From positions 1,632,001 through 1,696,000 of the forward strand of contig OY729428.2 of the NCBI GenBank assembly GCA_963422375.2: a DNA stretch of 64,000 nucleotides, read 5' to 3'. The translations under genes were made by a program, and so were the position numbers. The notes beneath the pieces are model-generated. The model was not told the origin of the DNA. It worked only from the letters and a program-made list of their open reading frames with translations, and searched no databases. This stretch comes from Bryobacterales bacterium (lineage in GTDB: Bacteria; Acidobacteriota; Terriglobia; Bryobacterales; UBA6623). Shown in pieces: positions 37,885-46,818 of this stretch (the stretch's first letter is position 1; every line of letters starts with the position of its first letter).

Positions 37885-40800
37885 CTAGAAGCGGAAGGTC
37901 AGGCCGAACTGGAACTGCCGCTGGTCGTTCGCAGCGCGCGTGACCCGCCCGAAATTCGAGTTGCTGCGGTTGGCATTCGGATTCAGGAAGTGGGGCGTGT
38001 TGGTGAAGTTGAACGACTCGACGCGGAGCGTGAAACTCGCCTGCTCGCCCAGGCTGGGCACCGCGAAGCGCCGGAAGATCGAGAAGTCCAGGTTCGCGAG
38101 CCCCGGCCCGTCGACGATGTTCCGCCCGGCGTTGCCCAGCGTGCCTTGCTGCGGCACCGCGAAGGCGTCGGTCGTGAACCACAGGTCCGTGCCCTGCGGC
38201 CCGGCGATGCCGCCGAGAATCGACGGCGTGCCCACCACGTCCGCGCGCTGCCCGTTGCCGGGCGCGTTGAGGGTCGAGCCGGCGGCGCCGATGGTGAACG
38301 GCTCGCCGGTCATCAGCGAGACGATGCCTTGCACTTGCCAGCCGCCGAGTACCGCCGCCGCCGCGCCGTGCTGCGCCAGCGGCTTGCCTTCGCCGAACGG
38401 CAGCTCGTACATGAAGCTCTGCGCGTAGACGTGCCGGCGGTCCGACCGCATGCGTCCGCGGTTGGTCAGGAACGCGAATCCGTCCACCTGCAGCCCGCCA
38501 GTGTCGTCGCTGAAATTCAGCGCCTTGCTCCACGTGTACGACGTCGTCAGCCCGAACCCGTTCGCGAAGCGGCGGTCCAGCTTGGCCTGCAGCGAGTTGT
38601 AGTAGGTATGCGTGCCGATGAAGGTGTTGGTGGACGTATTGCGATTGAAGACCGCCAGCAGCGGGCGCTGGGTGCCCGGCGCCCGCGCCGCGTTGACGTC
38701 CCAGCCGGTCTGGTTGTTGACGCCGTGGTTGCCCACGTACGCCAGATCCAGCACGAAGTCCATCGGCAGCGAGCGCTGCAGCGCCACGTTCCAGCTCTGC
38801 ACGTAGGCGCGGGCCAGGTCGGCGGGCGTGCTGCCGTAGTTCTGCCGCGGGTCCGGGTTCTCGATGATGCCGTTGGACGGGATCTCGAACGACTGGAAGG
38901 CCGGGAAGCCCTCCGACATCGAGCCCGAGGCGACGAACGAGTTGGGCGCGTTGAACGCGTTGTTCTGCTTGACCGGGAAGTTGTATTGCGCCATGCGCCG
39001 GTTGATGTAGCTGATCCCGTAGCCGACTCGCATCACGGTGCGCTCGTCGAAGCGGTAGGCCACGCCGAACCGCGGCCCTAGGCCGAGCGGCGCGCCGCGC
39101 ACGCCCATGTCCATCGGCACGGAGCCGATGCCGGCCAGCTCCAGCGTGTTGTCGCGGAAGTTGTAGTTCGAGAATCCGCCCGGGAAGCGCGGCCGCGAGG
39201 CCCTCTCCGATTCCAGCCGCAGTCCCAGGTCGAGCGTCAGCTTCGGCGAGACCTGCCACTTGTCCTGCAAGTAGTAGGCCAGGATCAGTTCGCGGCGCGC
39301 CGGGAACTGGATGGCGATGTCGCGCCCGTGGATGCCCGGCTGGTCCAGCAGGAAGCTGGCGAAGGCGTTGCCGACGCCGCGCAGCGTGTCCTCCTGCGTC
39401 GCCGTCTGGCCCTGGCGGAACTGGAAACGGCCGCGCGGGTTGAACGTCTGCGTCTGCAGCAGGTCGTTGCGCTCGCGCCGGATCTCGAATCCGAAGCGGA
39501 TCACGTGGTTGCCCTGCGTCTTGGTGAAGTTGTTGGTGATGCCGAAGAACGTCACCGAGCGCGCCCACGGCAGCGATGGCGAGAAGCCGACCACCGGGCG
39601 GCCGAAGCCGTCGATGCGGATCTCGCTCATGCCGCTGGTCCATTCGTCGATGTTGACGCCGGGGATGCCGATGTCCTGAGCCGTGGTCAGCCCGCGATCG
39701 GCGTTGATGGCGTCGTTGCGGTTGCGCACGATGCCGAAGCGGCCCTCCCAAACGAAGGTCGGCGAGAACACCTGCGAGTAGGACACCATCGGGCTCTGCG
39801 TGGTGGCCGGCCCGGTGCCCGAGAAGCCGTTGTTGCGCGGACCGCCGTAGATGCCGCAATTGGGGCCGTACAGGCCGCAGTCGGTCACCTCCGCTTCCTG
39901 GCGGCTGTAGCGCAGCGTGAAGCGGCCGGTATTGGTGACCAGCCAGTCGTACTTCACGTCGAAGGCGTCGATCGTCTTGATGCGCGCGGTGCTCTTCTCG
40001 AAGTTGTTCGACCCGGCGTCGGTCTGCCGCGTCGGATCGGGGATGAAGTCCAGGATGGCGCGCGAGATCGGGCTCTGCCGCGCCAGCGGGATCACATTGT
40101 TCGCGAAGGCGACGCGCCCGGCACCCTCGCCGTCCCCGGTGGAGGGGTCGTAAATTCGCTCGCCCTGGCCGGAGAAGTCGCCCATGCGGAACGGCAGCGT
40201 CGGAATCGCGGCCTGCGTCCGCTCGCCGAGGTTGTCGCGGCTGCCTTGGAAGTCGCCGAACAGGAACATCTTGTTGCGGATCAGCGGCCCGCCGAGCGTG
40301 CCGCCGAACTGGTTGTAGGTGGTCGGTGCCTTGCCGGTCGCGAAGACCTGCCGCGACTGCACGTTCTCGTTGCGGTGGAAGTGGAACAGGCTGCCGTGGA
40401 CCTCGTTGGTGCCCGAGCGAAGCGTGACGTTGACTACCGCGCCGCCGGCGTTGCCGAACTCCGGATCGAAGTTGGACGTCGAGATGTCGACCGTCTGCAG
40501 CGCCTCGATCGGCGGCACGAGCGCGGTCAGGTTGCCGTTGTCGATCTTGTTCTCGATGCCCTCGATCTGGAAGTTGTTGAACTGGCGCCCCTGGCCGTTC
40601 ACGCGCATGGACAGCGAGTCCTGCGAGTTGTAGAACTGCGAGTGCGGCCGCCACGGGCGTCCCACGCCCGGTACCAGCGTCAGCAGTCCCTGGTAGTTGC
40701 GGTTGAACAGGAGAGGCAACTCGCGCATCTGCTTGGTTTCCAGCTTGGCTCCGGTGTCCGCGCGATCCGTCTGCAGGATCGGCGCCGCGCCAGTGACCGT

Positions 40801-41184
40801 GACCGTCTCGGTGACGGCACCGGGCTGCATCTCCAAGTCGATCCGCACGGTGGTGTTGGGCAGCACGACGATGTCGCCGCGCACCGCGCGATTGAAGCCC
40901 TCCATCTCGACCGCTACCTCGTAGGTGCCGGGATCGAGGTTGGGGAACACGTACAGGCCGCTCTCGTTGGTCGATCTCTCGCGGGCGGAGTTCGTGCTGG
41001 TCTCGGTGAGCAGCACGGACGCCGCCGGGATCACGCCGCCGGTGGAGTCGGTGATGGTGCCCAGAACCTGGGCCTTGAGCACCTGGGCCCGAGCAGGCTC
41101 GGGCGCGCCCACCAGCCCGGCCAGCACGGCGCACAGCGCGATGGCTCCTATCGCGGCCGAGCGGCGGCTTACAGGTGTGATCAT
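37885..41184 (-). CDS. TonB-dependent receptor with carboxypeptidase-regulatory-like N-terminal domain
   Basis: GAGGAGG RBS, signal peptide, GTITDSTGGVIP, TLRSGTNEVHG, YLQDKWQVSPKLTLDLGLR, C-terminal QFGLTFRF. Confidence 0.95.
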   Translation of the reverse strand: MITPVSRRSAAIGAIALCAVLAGLVGAPEPARAQVLKAQVLGTITDSTGGVIPAASVLLTETSTNSARERSTNESGLYVFPNLDPGTYEVAVEMEGFNRAVRGDIVVLPNTTVRIDLEMQPGAVTETVTVTGAAPILQTDRADTGAKLETKQMRELPLLFNRNYQGLLTLVPGVGRPWRPHSQFYNSQDSLSMRVNGQGRQFNNFQIEGIENKIDNGNLTALVPPIEALQTVDISTSNFDPEFGNAGGAVVNVTLRSGTNEVHGSLFHFHRNENVQSRQVFATGKAPTTYNQFGGTLGGPLIRNKMFLFGDFQGSRDNLGERTQAAIPTLPFRMGDFSGQGERIYDPSTGDGEGAGRVAFANNVIPLARQSPISRAILDFIPDPTRQTDAGSNNFEKSTARIKTIDAFDVKYDWLVTNTGRFTLRYSRQEAEVTDCGLYGPNCGIYGGPRNNGFSGTGPATTQSPMVSYSQVFSPTFVWEGRFGIVRNRNDAINADRGLTTAQDIGIPGVNIDEWTSGMSEIRIDGFGRPVVGFSPSLPWARSVTFFGITNNFTKTQGNHVIRFGFEIRRERNDLLQTQTFNPRGRFQFRQGQTATQEDTLRGVGNAFASFLLDQPGIHGRDIAIQFPARRELILAYYLQDKWQVSPKLTLDLGLRLESERASRPRFPGGFSNYNFRDNTLELAGIGSVPMDMGVRGAPLGLGPRFGVAYRFDERTVMRVGYGISYINRRMAQYNFPVKQNNAFNAPNSFVASGSMSEGFPAFQSFEIPSNGIIENPDPRQNYGSTPADLARAYVQSWNVALQRSLPMDFVLDLAYVGNHGVNNQTGWDVNAARAPGTQRPLLAVFNRNTSTNTFIGTHTYYNSLQAKLDRRFANGFGLTTSYTWSKALNFSDDTGGLQVDGFAFLTNRGRMRSDRRHVYAQSFMYELPFGEGKPLAQHGAAAAVLGGWQVQGIVSLMTGEPFTIGAAGSTLNAPGNGQRADVVGTPSILGGIAGPQGTDLWFTTDAFAVPQQGTLGNAGRNIVDGPGLANLDFSIFRRFAVPSLGEQASFTLRVESFNFTNTPHFLNPNANRSNSNFGRVTRAANDQRQFQFGLTFRF

Positions 41185-41326
41185 GCTTTACCTCCTCGGC
41201 GCGGTGCGCGTGAGGAGCCGCCTGATCGGCTCCGGCCGCACCGCGTACGGTAAGGATAGCGCACGGCTTCCGGCGTCGGTTTCGGGGCGGCGGGGCCCTG
41301 CCATACCATGGGCGTACCGTCCCGCC

Positions 41327-43303
41327 GTGCTGGAGCATGCCCTTTTCGCCCTGATTGCCGGCGGCGCCGTCGTGATCCTGCTGCTACGGCCCCGGCACGG
41401 AGCCGCGCCGGCCGCAGCAGCCTGCGTGGCGGCGGGCGCCGCCGTCGCCCTGGCGGTGATCGAACCGCCGGTTCCCGGCGCGCCGCCTGCCGACCGGCCG
41501 CTCGAGATCCGCGACTCGCGGGGCGCTTCCAGCGGCCCGTACGCCGCTTCGGACCGCTGCCGGGTCTGCCATCCCCGCCAGCACGCGACCTGGTCCGCCA
41601 GCTATCACCGCACGATGACGCAAGTGGTCGGCCCGCACTCCGTGCTGGGCGATTTCGACGACCTGACTCTGTACTTCGACGGACGGTCCTACGACCTGCG
41701 CTCCGCAGGCGGGCGCTATTCCGTGGAACTGTCCGATCCCGATGCAGTCGACGCTGTGCTCGGGCTGGTGCAGGCCGGCGATCTGGAGGCGGCGCGCGCA
41801 GAGGCTGCCCGCATGGCTCGCGTGACGCGGCGGATCGCGATGACGACGGGCTCGCACCATTACCAGCTCTACTGGTACCCGACGGGCCGCAAGCGCGAAC
41901 TGTACCTGCTGCCGTTCGCGTGGATGGTCCGCGAGCGGCGCTGGCTGCCGCGTGTCTCGGTTTTCCTGACGCCGCCCAACCAGCTCGAACCGCGCAAGGT
42001 CTGGAACCGGGACTGCTTGCCCTGCCACGCCACCGGCGGCGCTCCGGGCTATGCGGCGCCGGGCGAGGGCGCTCCCGACACCTCGCTCGCCGAGGCCGGC
42101 ATCTCCTGCGAGGCGTGCCACGGCCCCGGCTCGCCGCACGTCGCGGCCAACGCGGACCCGCTGCGGCGCTACGCGCTGCACCTCGGGGGCGGGCCGGACG
42201 CCTCGATCGTCCAGCCCGGCCGCTTGCCGGCACCGCGCGCCGCCCAGATCTGCGGCCAGTGCCACTCGCTGAACACGCAGTACCACTTCGAGGACTGGGC
42301 GTCCACGTTGCGTGAAGGCTCGCCCTACCGGCCGGGAGACGACTTGGCAGCCACGACCTATGTCGTGCTGCCGCGCACGCTCGAGGCCTCGCCGCTGATG
42401 CGCGACTTCGTGCGCCAGCAGCCCGGCGTTCTCGACGAGTGGTTCTGGCCGGACGGGGAGATCCGGGTTGTGGGCCGGGAGTACAACGGCCTGCTCGAAT
42501 CGCCCTGCTACCAGGGCGGCGCCTTCGGCTGCCTGTCCTGCCACGCCGCCCACGAGTCCGACCCTGCGGACCAGTTGCGGCGCGACCTGACCGAGGACGG
42601 CATGTGCCTGCAATGCCACGTCTCCATGGCCGACCGCGCAGCCGAGCACACCCGGCACGCGCCGGGCTCGGACGGCAGCGGTTGCCAGGACTGCCACATG
42701 CCGCGCACCACGTACGGGCTGCTGCAGGCCTCGCGCAGCCACCGCGTGACCAGCCCGTCGGTCGGCGCGGAGGCCGCTACGGAGAGACCGAACGCCTGCA
42801 ACCTGTGCCACCTCGACCGCACCCTCGCATGGACGGCGGACTGGCTGAGCGAGTGGTACGGCCAGCCGGTGCCGCGGCTGGACCGCGAACAGCGAGCGTT
42901 GCCCGCGGGCGCCGCCTGGGCGCTGCGCGGCGACGCCGGACTGCGTGCCATAGCGGCCTGGCACTTCGGCCGGGCCGCGTCCGCCGCCGTCGGGGAGAGC
43001 GATTGGCTGGTACCGGTGCTGGCGCCGCTGGCGAACGATCCGTACGACGCGGTGCGCTACATCGCTTTGAAGGCGCTGCGCGAGTTCCCGGGCCTTGCGG
43101 GCTTGGAAGTGGACTTCCTCGATCCGCCTGCGGCGCGGGCGGCGGCGGTCGAATCGATCTGGGAGCAGTGGGCGCGTACCGCCCCCGACATCGATCCGGA
43201 CCGGCTGGGCAGCGCGCTCGCCCCCGGCGGCCGGCTGCGGCGCGCGGCGATCGCTGCCCTGTACGCGGACAGGGACGAGCGCCCGGTGTACTTGGTCGAA
43301 TAG
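41327..43303 (+). CDS. Membrane-anchored octaheme cytochrome c with C-terminal helical (HEAT-like) region
   Basis: CRVCH, CLPCH, CEACH, CGQCH, CLSCH, CLQCH, CQDCH, CNLCH; N-terminal hydrophobic segments; GTG start inferred. Confidence 0.9.
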   Translation: MLEHALFALIAGGAVVILLLRPRHGAAPAAAACVAAGAAVALAVIEPPVPGAPPADRPLEIRDSRGASSGPYAASDRCRVCHPRQHATWSASYHRTMTQVVGPHSVLGDFDDLTLYFDGRSYDLRSAGGRYSVELSDPDAVDAVLGLVQAGDLEAARAEAARMARVTRRIAMTTGSHHYQLYWYPTGRKRELYLLPFAWMVRERRWLPRVSVFLTPPNQLEPRKVWNRDCLPCHATGGAPGYAAPGEGAPDTSLAEAGISCEACHGPGSPHVAANADPLRRYALHLGGGPDASIVQPGRLPAPRAAQICGQCHSLNTQYHFEDWASTLREGSPYRPGDDLAATTYVVLPRTLEASPLMRDFVRQQPGVLDEWFWPDGEIRVVGREYNGLLESPCYQGGAFGCLSCHAAHESDPADQLRRDLTEDGMCLQCHVSMADRAAEHTRHAPGSDGSGCQDCHMPRTTYGLLQASRSHRVTSPSVGAEAATERPNACNLCHLDRTLAWTADWLSEWYGQPVPRLDREQRALPAGAAWALRGDAGLRAIAAWHFGRAASAAVGESDWLVPVLAPLANDPYDAVRYIALKALREFPGLAGLEVDFLDPPAARAAAVESIWEQWARTAPDIDPDRLGSALAPGGRLRRAAIAALYADRDERPVYLVE

Positions 43304-43310
43304 GAAGGCT

Positions 43311-43853
43311 ATGGGCATGGACGCGGGCCAAGGGTCAAGCGGCGACCGGGCGGCGGAGACCGCCGATCTGGCGCGGCGGCACGTCCGGGTCGGCTGGATC
43401 GGGCTGGCGGCGTTTGCGGCGCTGGGCCTGTCCTTGGAAGGCATGCACGCGCTGAAGATCGATTGGTACCTGTCGGAACTGACCGCGATGCGACGCCTGA
43501 TGCTCACTCTGGCGCACGCTCATGGCACGCTGATCGCCGTGTTGCACCTCGCGCTGGGCCTCGTCCTGGCCGGCCCCTGGGCGGACGGCCCGGCGCCCTG
43601 GCTGGCCGCGCGCCTGCTGTCGGCGGCGCTGCTGCTGATGCCGGCAGGATTCTTGCTAGGCGGCCTGTACGTGTACGAGGGCGATCCCGGCGTGGGGGTC
43701 GCGCTGGCGCCGCTGGGCGGCCTGTGCTTGCTGGCCGCCCTCGTCGGGCTCGCCGCGCACCGGGCGGCACCGGGCCGCTCTCGGACGGCCGATCCGGACG
43801 CGCAGGTCGGGCCCCGCCGGCGAGTCCCTCCCAAGCGCCGGCGCGGGCGGTAG
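43311..43853 (+). CDS. Four-TM His-containing membrane protein
   Basis: 7 bp after the cytochrome stop; EGMHAL, RRLMLTLAHAHGTL, MPAGFLLGG. Confidence 0.8.
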   Translation: MGMDAGQGSSGDRAAETADLARRHVRVGWIGLAAFAALGLSLEGMHALKIDWYLSELTAMRRLMLTLAHAHGTLIAVLHLALGLVLAGPWADGPAPWLAARLLSAALLLMPAGFLLGGLYVYEGDPGVGVALAPLGGLCLLAALVGLAAHRAAPGRSRTADPDAQVGPRRRVPPKRRRGR

Positions 43854-44210
43854 CAGCGACGATTCCACCGCCACGGTCGCGCCCGCACCGCGGGATCCGG
43901 GAATGGCTTGGGCGGCCGGGTCAATTCGCGCCACCCTTGTCCGCCTCGAACCCCAGCGAGCCTCGCCGGAGCAACCTGTTCCGCCTGCCCTCGCGTTCCT
44001 GCAGCGCGTCGCAGGTTCGACGGCGGAGCTCGTCCGGGAGACACACTGCAACCGCTGGTGTACGGGCTGGCGCTGCACCGGCGCATGCGCGCGACGCACT
44101 CCGGGGCGGGAGTCCGGAGTCCGACGAGCGCACCAAACGAGAACTCGCGTGTCGCGCATCAGTGGAGAATCCAGGCCCTCAGTCCGACTGGCTGCCAGCC
44201 CGGCCGACCG

Positions 44211-44423
44211 TCAGCGCGGGACTGATTTCGCGAGCAGTTCGCGGCGTGCGCGCTGCGCTTCCTCGAGGCTGCGAAACCGGAACACCCCCCGCTGGTACTG
44301 GCGGGGCGACAGCAAGCGGTAGCGGGCGTTGTGACGGATGAACCGCTCGAACCCATCCTCCGAACGGCGCGGGAGCGGGGTCGCGTTCATCTCCTCGATC
44401 GATCGGAAACGCTGGACTCCCAT
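44211..44423 (-). CDS. 70-aa protein with duplicated RFRS(I/L)EE motif, partner of nucleotidyltransferase
   Basis: TAGATG abutting the upstream gene; GAGGAGG RBS within the upstream 3' end. Confidence 0.72.
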   Translation of the reverse strand: MGVQRFRSIEEMNATPLPRRSEDGFERFIRHNARYRLLSPRQYQRGVFRFRSLEEAQRARRELLAKSVPR

Positions 44424-44900
44424 CTATGCGTCCTCCTCGAGATCGAAGTGACTCTTGAGAACTGCGGCGTCCTGGCGATCCAGAGGCCCGACAGTTCCTT
44501 TCTTGAGTCGATACAGAGCGGCGGGGGGCGCGACCCGCACCCGGGTCCCTTCGACTTCCTTGGTTTCGGCCTCGACCGACTCGTAGGTCGCCATTTCACC
44601 GAGCCTCGTCACCAAGTCGAAGTAGAGATCGCCGCTCGGCGGAAAATACCGGACTGCCGGATACTCGCCCAGCAGGTCGTCGGCTCGGATCTCGTCCACA
44701 GCCGGGTCGTCCGGATAAGCCTCCCGCAGCGCCGTCCGGATCCGATCGATGTTCTCCCGGGCTGCTCTCGCTAGAAGATCCAGGCCATCGGTGGCACGCA
44801 CCACGTCGTGGAAGCCCATGGCTGCCGCTCCGATCACAACGTAGTCAGCGCCGGCCTTCTCGAGGGCGCCCAGCGCGCGGAGCACCTCGTCGCGATCCAC
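44424..44900 (-). CDS. Nucleotidyltransferase (DUF6036/AbiEii-like), possibly degenerate
   Basis: YVVIGAAAM..H..VRATDGLDL, LYRLKKGT..P.DRQDA. Confidence 0.78.
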   Translation of the reverse strand: MDRDEVLRALGALEKAGADYVVIGAAAMGFHDVVRATDGLDLLARAARENIDRIRTALREAYPDDPAVDEIRADDLLGEYPAVRYFPPSGDLYFDLVTRLGEMATYESVEAETKEVEGTRVRVAPPAALYRLKKGTVGPLDRQDAAVLKSHFDLEEDA

Positions 44901-45084
44901 CGCCTCAGCCTAGCAACCGCCCCGGCAGGGCTGCATCGCCGCAGGCCGCGCCTTCCCCCGTCGCAATCGTTTCGTGGACTCGCGTGCCGCGACGTCAACG
45001 CAGTCCGCGCGCCGCAGTGGCCGCGCCGCGATGAGGAGCCGGACGGGGGGCCTCGCAGCTGGGGGTTAGAACGTGAACCGCAGC

Positions 45085-45345
45085 GTGAGGTGAACGCTTC
45101 GATTCTATGCTGGACAATGAAGTTCGCCTCAATCCAAGTGTTACTTCCATCGAACGATATGACTTTCCTAAAGGAAGAGCCGCCGAAGTTCCAGCGACCG
45201 AAAAGAAAGCGACTACTGCCGTTCGTCTGTACTACAGGAGCTTCCAGTACATGCTCGCTACCAACTGACCAGCGGAATTTCTGTGGCGTGGTTACGCGGC
45301 GACCATCGACAACAATATCCAACCCAGGGGGATTTGTCGACAAGG
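45085..45345 (-). pseudogene. Orphan fragment of a beta-rich extracellular repeat domain
   Basis: TNPPGLDIVVDG..VTTPQKFRWSVGSEHVLEAP..Q....RFLFGRW; lower GC, no credible start or end. Confidence 0.55.
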
Positions 45346-45379
45346 TGGCGACCCGGACAGGGGGCAGCCGTTGGGCCGG

Positions 45380-46393
45380 TCACCCGCCGGTGGACCGCCG
45401 GCGGGTCCGTTGGAATTGGCGCAGGTTGCGCACGGCTCGGTTGTGCGCTCCCAGCGACTTGGAGAAGACGTGGCCCCCTGCGTCTCCCGGCTTGGCCACG
45501 AAGTACAGGAAGCTGCTGGCGTCAGGCGCGAAAGCCGCAAGGAGGGCGGGTCGGCCCGGATTCGTGATCGGGCCGGGCGGAAGGCCGCCATGCACGTAGG
45601 TGTTGTACGGATGAGGGCGCGCCAGGTCCGCCTTGAGTAGCCGGCCTCGGTAGCTGCCCTCGAGCATCAGCCCGTAGATGACCGTCGGATCGCACTGCAT
45701 CCGCATGCCAAGACGCATGCGGTTGTGAAACACAGACGAGACGAGGCCATGTTCGGATTCCTGGCCGGTCTCCTTCTCGATCATCGAGGCCAGCACCAGC
45801 GCGTCCCAGTCCTCGATCGACGACGTGCGTCGGCTGCGCGCCTCGAGCAGGGCACCTCGGAACCGGGCGACCATGGCGGCTACCAGGTCTTTGGCGGTCG
45901 ATGTCTTAGCGAGGCTGTACGTCTCGGGAAACAGGCACCCCTCGAGCGTCTCGGCCTGCGGCAGCAGGTCGCTTACCGGCGATGGATCGCCGCTGAGCCA
46001 CAGGAATTCCTCGCCGTCCACCAATCCCGACTGATCCGCCAGTGCGGCGATTTCCAAGCGGTTCAGCCCTTCCGGGATCGTGAGCCGATACAGTCGGACC
46101 TGCCCGTTCGCGATCGTTTCGAATGCCTCGCGCGCCTCGACGGGCACCCTGAACTGGTACTCCCCGGCTAGCAGAGGCATGTCGCGATTCCACGCCCGCA
46201 CCCACAGGAAGTGCCATTTCGAATCGATCACGCCGAGAGACTCGAGCCGCTCCGCGATCCGTCGCGAGCTGGTGCCGCGCTCGATTTCCAGGATCACGGG
46301 CTGGTCGAACGGCACCGCTTGGTCCGCGGGTCCCCCGCATCCCGCGAGGATGATCGCGACCAGCAGGGCCAGCTCAGGTGTGCGATTCGGCAA
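45380..46393 (-). CDS. mltG: Endolytic transglycosylase MltG
   Basis: AGEY, TIPEG, LEGCLFPETY, LASMIEKE, QCDPTVIY, YNTY..GLPPGPI.NPG, LYFVA. Confidence 0.96.
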   Translation of the reverse strand: MPNRTPELALLVAIILAGCGGPADQAVPFDQPVILEIERGTSSRRIAERLESLGVIDSKWHFLWVRAWNRDMPLLAGEYQFRVPVEAREAFETIANGQVRLYRLTIPEGLNRLEIAALADQSGLVDGEEFLWLSGDPSPVSDLLPQAETLEGCLFPETYSLAKTSTAKDLVAAMVARFRGALLEARSRRTSSIEDWDALVLASMIEKETGQESEHGLVSSVFHNRMRLGMRMQCDPTVIYGLMLEGSYRGRLLKADLARPHPYNTYVHGGLPPGPITNPGRPALLAAFAPDASSFLYFVAKPGDAGGHVFSKSLGAHNRAVRNLRQFQRTRRRSTGG

Positions 46394-46775
46394 GGTAGCT
46401 CTCTAGGAGCAGGACCGCGGCGAGGCGGTCCGTCGCTCCGCGCTCGCGTCGTCCGGGTCCGAGCAGGTCTCCGGCCTGCCAGCTGGTAAGCCGCTCGTCT
46501 CGCATCTCGACCCTGACCCCGGAATGCCGCGCCAGCCGACGTCCGAATCTAGCCGCCCGCACGGATGACGGGCTCTCGGTCCCGTCCATGTGGAGGGGCT
46601 TGCCCACGACGACGGTCTCTATCCCGCGCTGCCGGATCAGGGTGCCGAGCGCATCGAGATCCGCGCGGACGCTCTTGCGCACCAGAGTGGGCAGCCCGTG
46701 CGCCAGCATGCCCAGTTCGTCGCTCACCGCGATGCCGATCCTCCGCATCCCCCAGTCCAGCGCCATGACTCGCAA
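46374..46775 (-). CDS. ruvX: Holliday junction resolvase-like RuvX/YqgF
   Basis: MALDWG.RRIGIAVSD, VVGKP, DERLTS, DRLAAVLLLESYL. Confidence 0.95.
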   Translation of the reverse strand: MRVMALDWGMRRIGIAVSDELGMLAHGLPTLVRKSVRADLDALGTLIRQRGIETVVVGKPLHMDGTESPSSVRAARFGRRLARHSGVRVEMRDERLTSWQAGDLLGPGRRERGATDRLAAVLLLESYLAESHT

Positions 46776-46818
46776 GGCTCGCCGCCCTCCTCGGTCGATG
46801 CGTTCGAAGCCGGCGGAG

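Noticed and set aside
37832..41338. 1168-aa alternative-frame ORF and similar long overlapping ORFs across the window
   Set aside because: These are Arg/Ala/Pro-rich shadows of real genes, expected at high GC
41327..43303. Calling the cytochrome NrfA or HAO
   Set aside because: There is no CxxCK, and I could not support the heme spacing or cross-link residues of those families
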